Shown in pieces: positions 59,401 through 64,000 of a stretch of 64,000 nt of DNA. The notes below the pieces were generated by a model. The model made no database searches. It had not been told where the DNA came from and saw nothing but the letters and a program-made list of their open reading frames with translations. The stretch covers positions 3,434 to 67,433 of the forward strand of contig CAYMBN010000005.1 in assembly GCA_964388715.1 (NCBI GenBank). The letters run 5' to 3'. The stretch comes from an uncultured Methanosarcinales archaeon. Its GTDB lineage: Archaea > Nanobdellota > Nanobdellia > Woesearchaeales > CAYMBN01. Positions within the stretch are counted from its first letter, which is position 1. Every line of letters starts with the position of its first letter. Both the position numbers and the translations under genes were made by a program.

Positions 59401-62400
59401 AAGTTAATGATGATTATGGAAATAATATTGGTAAAGTATATTTGATTTATGGACAGAATTATAATACAACAAACGTTAATTTAAGCACTGCTAATGCTTC
59501 TTGGTATGGTGAAGCTGCTGTTGATAGGTTAGGAGACGCTGTTACAGGTGCAGGTGATTTTAATAATGATGGATTTGATGATATTTTAATAGCTTCTCTC
59601 CGTAATGGCTTTGGAGGGAACCTAGCAGGCAGAATATACTTAATTTATGGGCCAGCAAGTGGAAAAAATATGAACATAAGTAATGTTACAAATATTTCAT
59701 GGTATGGAGAAAACCAAACAGATGGTGCTGGTAAAGTCCTTTCAAGTGCAGGAGATGTTGATAATGATGGTTATAATGATATTTTAATTGCTTCTGGCAA
59801 TGATATGGGTGGAACTGGTGCTGGAAAAGTATACTTAATCTATGGAAGTAGTCCATTCACAAGTCCAACATTAACAATAAACAAAAATATTACACAAGTT
59901 AATGAAAGTTATAATACAATTCAAATTAATTGGACAGCATCACACAATTCTCCTATAATAACTGCTTTATTTAACATAACTTTCCCTAATGGAAGTTTAC
60001 TTAGCAATTCAACTTTAAGTTCAGGAAATGTAAGTTTAAACCTCACCAATCTTACAGCATTAGGTACATATACAATAAATTTATGGGCAAATAATACCTA
60101 TAATTTAACTAATGTAACAAGTGACACATTCAGTGTTAATGATACAAATCCTCCAAACATCACATTAATTATACCAACAAACAATACTAAAAATTACACA
60201 CATTATAATATAAATTTTTATTATAATGTTACTGATGTTTTATCAAATGTAAACAATTGCTCATTAATTATAAATAATATAATTAATCTAACAAACATTA
60301 CAATTGATCAATCACTAAGTAGTTTACATTTTAATCAAACATTTACAGATGGACAATACAACTGGTCTATTAATTGTACTGATAATGCTAGTAATATTGG
60401 AGAAAGTAATATTTTTAATTTAACAGTTTTAATGGACACAACTTCTCCATCTGTAAATTTAGATAATCCAACAAATAATTTTAACGCAAATCAAATAAAT
60501 ATTTCTCTTAACTGTTCTGCTACTGACAATGAACAATTAAAAAATGTCACCATTTATACAAACATGACAGGATCATGGCAAGCTAATTATACAGGCAGTG
60601 TTAGTGGAATAAGTAATTCAACTAATGTAACACTCACAGGATTAGGTGATGGAACTTACTTATGGAACTGTCTTACATATGATAGTGCAGGTAACAATGC
60701 ATGGAACAATACTAATTACACATTTAATATTGATGCAACCCCACCAAACATCTCATTAATGTCGCCTGCTAATAATTCAAATTGGACAGATAATACACTT
60801 GTTGTTTTTGTTTACAATACAACTTCAACTGATGTTACCAATTGTTCATTAATCATAAACAATAAAACATACAAAACAAACTCAACAATAACACAGAACC
60901 AAATCCTAAATTTTTCTAACATAGTAAACAATGGACCAAACAATTGGAGCATTAACTGTACTGATAATTTTAGTAACACAATCAGTTCAAAAACATGGAT
61001 AATTAATGTTAATTATACAAAGAATCACACTTTGTATAAAGTTTGGGATACTGGCACAATTGATCTTTCACTTGCTTCCTTAGATATATTTGATTATTCA
61101 CAAGATAATAACAAGAATGAAATAATAGTTGGAGGATTTGGAGATTTGTTTGCTTACTATGCAAACGGAACACAAATCTGGAACAGTACTGATCCTGTTG
61201 GATTTATTCGAGACATAGAAGTATTTGATATTGGAAATGGTTTTAATGATACAATAGCTGTTGCAGATTCAACAGCAGGATTCAAAATATATGATAAAGA
61301 TGGAAACAAGTTATGTAATAATTCCTACACTTCTAGTGCAGAACAAACAATAAGTGTCGGAGATTTTGATAGAGACAATCAAAGTAGGGAAATTGTTTTA
61401 CTAAACTGGATATTACCTAACACATTCAAATTAAAAGCATTCAATTCAAGCTGTAACTTATTATGGGAATACTCATTAACATCTATAACAACAGAAACTG
61501 AAACAGGTGACTTTGATGGTGATGGTTACAAAGATGAAGTTGCCTTAATAAGTAATGGTACATTATATATATTCAATAGTACAGGTGGAGTTAGATGGAA
61601 CACAAGTTATTTAGGAGATGCAACAATGTCATTAGAAGTATTTGATATTAATAATGATACAGATGATGAAATAATCATTGGTGTAAGATATGCCAAAACA
61701 ACACACATGATAATGGCATACAATGGTTCTGGTACTGTAATGTGGAACAACACAGATGTTTCTGGTCAAATACACGAAATAAGATTTGATGATTTTGACA
61801 ATGATGGAAGAAAAGATGATATTGCTTCTGCAGACACTGATAATGCCTTAGCTGTTGTCATAGATAGTGAAGGAAATACTCTATGGAGCCATGATTTTAG
61901 TAGTGGTACAACTGTTTATTCTCTTACAACAGGAGATATCAATAATGATAATAGAACAGATATTGTAACAACAGAAGGTACAAATGCCAATATTTATGGA
62001 ATTGAGGATGGAGGAACAATTGCTACTTTCACAGATCCAACTACTAATATTGGATTAATTGACTCTGACGGAAGCATAGTAACAGCTGATTTAGATGGTG
62101 ATGATTATTTGGATATAATTGTTGCAGAAATAAGCGGAATATTATATTTACTAGAAGCAAGACCTGAAAATAATACAGCACCAAATATAACACTAAATAG
62201 TCCAACACACAATAACAACATAAGTAATTCCACAATTAACTTTAATTGGACTGTGATTGATAATTTAGATTTAAATTTACTTTGTAATCTAACAATTGAT
62301 GATATAGTAAATGCTTCAAGTATTAAATCCTTAAATAATACACCAAATAATTATACAGTTGATAACTTTAATGATGGGTCACATAACTGGAGCATGACTT

Positions 62401-64000
62401 GCTGGGATTATGATGGAAATTCTAACACATCACAAACAAATAATTTTACAATAGATTCAACACCACCAACAATAACACTCATCAACCCAAATAACAACAC
62501 AATCAACTACACAAACACAAACATTGATTTCTACTATAATGCAACAGATACACTCTCAGAAATATCTAACTGTTCATTAATCATCAACAATGTAATAAAC
62601 CAAACAAACACATCAATCAATAAATCCTTAAGCAGCTTACATTTTAATTTAACTCTAACCACTAATAATTATACTTGGTCAATTAATTGTACAGATAATA
62701 TAGGTAACCTAAACACAAGTCAAACAAGAAGTTTAAACATAATACACCTTAACATCTCACTAAACATCACTCCAAATTCAACAAATATCAATTCTATTGT
62801 TAATGTTAGTGGAAAACTTAACTTTAGCAATGGTACTAATATTGCTAATACCAACATAAGTATATTCCATGATGGAACACGTTTATGGTATAATGAAACA
62901 TTAAGAACACTAGTAAACTATGAAACACCAAATTCAACAAGAACAGATACTAACGGAAATTATAATTACAATTTTACCACTTCCACAACACTCAGCACAC
63001 ACCAAATAATAGTAAACACAACCTTCCAAAGTTTAACAGCCGAAACCACTAAAAATTATTTTATATCTCCTTTATGTGGTGATGGACTATGTAATGGTCC
63101 AGAACTATGTTCAACTTGTGAAGCAGACTGTGGAGCATGTTCCGGAGGAGATGATGGTGGTGGCGGAGGAGGTGGATTTATCTTACCAGAAGAAGATGAA
63201 TATAATGAAACACAACAAGAAGAAGTTATAAATGAAACCCAGGAAGAACCAGTTATAAATGAAACTCAAGAACAAAATGAAACAACTGAAGAAGAAACAC
63301 CAACTGAAGAAGAACCTAGTGAACAACCACAACCTGAACAAGAAATACCACAACAAGAACCAATTGAAGAACCAATTACTCCAACTCCAGAGGAAGAAGA
63401 ACCTATTGAAGAAGAACCAATCCTTCCTTCACCAGTAAAACCAAAAAATCCAATCTTATATATATCAATTCCAGATGAAATCAAAGCAAATCAAGAATTT
63501 GAAATAAAAATATTCCTAGATGATATTAAAAACTTAAATAACCTTGAATTTGATCTTGAATATGATTCATCCTACTTAAGTTTAATAAATGTAGAAAAAG
63601 GAAGTTTCATAAGAAACTTAGATTTTAGTTATTCTATTAATGAATTAGAACAAGAAACTTTTATGAGTAATATTCAAAAATATGTTACAAATACTGATTC
63701 ATACATTTCTATTCAAAGTACAGGACAACCATCAACAATATTAAGTGGTTCAGGACAAATTGCAACTATTAAATTCCAAACACTTCAACCAGGAGAAACC
63801 ATATTAAATCTTAATAAGTTAATATTCATTAATACAAGCGATGAAAAGATTGATACAGAATCAAGAGATACAAACATTGAAATTATTGGAGAAACCACAA
63901 TTGTAATTAAAAATAATAAATCTATTAATAAATACACAGAAAAAGAACTTTTCTTAATATCTGATAATAACTGGCAAAAGATATTTACATTTATACCAAT
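56427..64000 (+). CDS. giant type-II-anchored cell-surface protein (>2,524 aa, runs off the window end). Domains: cytoplasmic coiled-coil N-region, single TM, sequon-dense stalk, 7x FG-GAP propeller, Ig-like NCSLIINN repeats, second Ca-loop propeller, Cys knot, acidic linker, cohesin-like domain
   Basis: Frame (positions = 0 mod 3) verified at 56427, 58767, 58962 and 63552. No + strand ORF is reported in the track because the ORF has no stop inside the window. The start ATG overlaps the stop of the HTH gene. Confidence 0.7.
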   Translation, partial: MNKKFKKQDREIRDLHNKIIICKKYKQEIQANTNKINKLLFENKISEQEHKDLIYKYLQGKTQQEWINIYNNHIKTCQQKIHEIEFNKSKFKSITLITLMSFILIFGLIYNGINPITGLTTFEQQTIQAESLSNNWVIVENSEYNNNQAIMSAFIGDKFEYTFNGTSISLITQNRYDFGIIQITIDNTVQEIDLYNNNTQFNIIHELATGLENKQHNLTIEVLENKNNNSESHFVVIDGFIITSPEEPTQQENITNITINQTIFIENTTNITQPTENITNIIQPTQNITNITINQTIHTENITNITLPQENTTTTVENTTNITTPQQNQTNITSQENITIIINETTENITTQINTTIKEEITQGFAEINKPVKWVKKIENTTKTDLPKQAFNISVFKTEKRKGLGIASTKRTKIKKVKINDSGVLKELSAYKYKKKGIGKITGAAIGGEINVFKQFWYWLLSLRNSITGYAVSDVNELVIEENETKFEIEYFTDAPVATENEITYYKKQITISSELHYENILAYTNITETNQNNIKLYHLINNTRELVTNITYIDQNNNNLIDKIQWIVPHLSNESYEIEITILNVQSYPTVGGNWTVMFNTTGKANLTIKAIRDTTWSNSNENHDLKFLEIKCNNTILNYTWTNNSVFIENYTCNQTSYETSKVITSGVHDLLFQFGNQSAEAHNFASINLSNSDASWYGEAPSDVLGHFIMGSGDINNDSFSDLIIGAYANGYGGGTSGKTYLIYGPVNENNVNISNANASWHGEAAGDNSGITVAGVGDVNNDGFGDIVIGASSNDDGGDSSGKIYLIYGPTYDTNINLSNANASWYGESGGDFLGWSLSKAGDVNNDGFDDIIVGANGNDYARNGAGKAYLIYGQDYTGTFNISTANVSWHGEADDKLGDFVSNADDVNNDGFDDILIGAPNNDNGATWTGMIYLVYGPANGVNNNVSTANASWYGENTLDNAGSTGEIAAAGDVNNDGFDDILIGVKVNDDYGNNIGKVYLIYGQNYNTTNVNLSTANASWYGEAAVDRLGDAVTGAGDFNNDGFDDILIASLRNGFGGNLAGRIYLIYGPASGKNMNISNVTNISWYGENQTDGAGKVLSSAGDVDNDGYNDILIASGNDMGGTGAGKVYLIYGSSPFTSPTLTINKNITQVNESYNTIQINWTASHNSPIITALFNITFPNGSLLSNSTLSSGNVSLNLTNLTALGTYTINLWANNTYNLTNVTSDTFSVNDTNPPNITLIIPTNNTKNYTHYNINFYYNVTDVLSNVNNCSLIINNIINLTNITIDQSLSSLHFNQTFTDGQYNWSINCTDNASNIGESNIFNLTVLMDTTSPSVNLDNPTNNFNANQINISLNCSATDNEQLKNVTIYTNMTGSWQANYTGSVSGISNSTNVTLTGLGDGTYLWNCLTYDSAGNNAWNNTNYTFNIDATPPNISLMSPANNSNWTDNTLVVFVYNTTSTDVTNCSLIINNKTYKTNSTITQNQILNFSNIVNNGPNNWSINCTDNFSNTISSKTWIINVNYTKNHTLYKVWDTGTIDLSLASLDIFDYSQDNNKNEIIVGGFGDLFAYYANGTQIWNSTDPVGFIRDIEVFDIGNGFNDTIAVADSTAGFKIYDKDGNKLCNNSYTSSAEQTISVGDFDRDNQSREIVLLNWILPNTFKLKAFNSSCNLLWEYSLTSITTETETGDFDGDGYKDEVALISNGTLYIFNSTGGVRWNTSYLGDATMSLEVFDINNDTDDEIIIGVRYAKTTHMIMAYNGSGTVMWNNTDVSGQIHEIRFDDFDNDGRKDDIASADTDNALAVVIDSEGNTLWSHDFSSGTTVYSLTTGDINNDNRTDIVTTEGTNANIYGIEDGGTIATFTDPTTNIGLIDSDGSIVTADLDGDDYLDIIVAEISGILYLLEARPENNTAPNITLNSPTHNNNISNSTINFNWTVIDNLDLNLLCNLTIDDIVNASSIKSLNNTPNNYTVDNFNDGSHNWSMTCWDYDGNSNTSQTNNFTIDSTPPTITLINPNNNTINYTNTNIDFYYNATDTLSEISNCSLIINNVINQTNTSINKSLSSLHFNLTLTTNNYTWSINCTDNIGNLNTSQTRSLNIIHLNISLNITPNSTNINSIVNVSGKLNFSNGTNIANTNISIFHDGTRLWYNETLRTLVNYETPNSTRTDTNGNYNYNFTTSTTLSTHQIIVNTTFQSLTAETTKNYFISPLCGDGLCNGPELCSTCEADCGACSGGDDGGGGGGGFILPEEDEYNETQQEEVINETQEEPVINETQEQNETTEEETPTEEEPSEQPQPEQEIPQQEPIEEPITPTPEEEEPIEEEPILPSPVKPKNPILYISIPDEIKANQEFEIKIFLDDIKNLNNLEFDLEYDSSYLSLINVEKGSFIRNLDFSYSINELEQETFMSNIQKYVTNTDSYISIQSTGQPSTILSGSGQIATIKFQTLQPGETILNLNKLIFINTSDEKIDTESRDTNIEIIGETTIVIKNNKSINKYTEKELFLISDNNWQKIFTFIP

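Noticed and set aside
1-64000. CRISPR arrays, tRNA genes, IS elements
   Set aside because: No direct-repeat/spacer periodicity was seen. The intergenic regions are short and AT-rich with no cloverleaf-like GC-rich segments. No transposase-like ORFs or terminal inverted repeats were found.

Overview
AT-rich (about 30% GC), densely packed archaeal chromosome segment. The composition, the K/E-rich extensions on ribosomal proteins, a stand-alone 5S rRNA gene and the absence of adk/cmk from the ribosomal supercluster all suggest a reduced DPANN-type archaeon; this is inference, not shown by a search. All protein family calls were made by eye from the translated ORFs and from motifs I recall; no database search was possible.

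Layout:
- 1-19.5 kb: a cell-surface glycan biosynthesis island. It holds two Wzx-like flippases, a GT-C and a GT4 glycosyltransferase, a DegT-type sugar aminotransferase, a KpsC/KpsS-like protein, UDP-glucose dehydrogenase, an NDP-sugar pyrophosphorylase and a Tmk-like P-loop kinase. Embedded in it are a bacterial-type heterodimeric ATP sulfurylase (CysD/CysN), a DUF2061-like membrane protein, two small RHH-like proteins and two alkaline-phosphatase-superfamily proteins. Also here are an RtcB ligase, an unlinked 5S rRNA gene and an NFACT-N-only Rqc2-like protein.
- 19.8-37.1 kb: the archaeal ribosomal-protein supercluster in canonical order (uL3, uL4, uL23, uL2, uS19, uL22, uS3, uL29, aSUI1, Rpp29, uS17, uL14, uL24, eS4, uL5, uS14, uS8, uL6, eL32, eL19, uL18, uS5, uL30, uL15, SecY, DUF106/Oxa1-like, eL34, eL14). 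The adk and cmk genes are missing, and a 750-aa secreted CARDB/PPC-domain protein is inserted.
- 37-42.5 kb, minus strand: PheT, PheS, a TrmB-family regulator and Pelota.
- 42.6-49.7 kb: a tight five-gene operon of uncharacterised envelope proteins, namely an N-anchored protein, an 896-aa coiled-coil polytopic protein and three paralogous lipobox lipoproteins.
- 49.7-55.8 kb: RFC small subunit, a PRC-barrel protein, a solo Cas4-family nuclease, TyrRS and TldD/PmbA.
- 56.0-64.0 kb: a small tandem GerE/LuxR-type HTH protein translationally coupled to a giant (>2,500 aa, runs off the window) type-II-anchored surface protein. That protein has an extremely sequon-dense stalk, a 7x FG-GAP beta-propeller, Ig-like repeats, a second Ca-loop propeller, a Cys knot and a C-terminal cohesin-like domain.

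The most unusual observation is a conserved C-terminal peptide, [ED]-K-I-x-x-[RK]-L-[KR]-x-L-G-Y-[MIF]. It is the native tail of CysD and is also carried by three unrelated small proteins flanking cysD and cysN.
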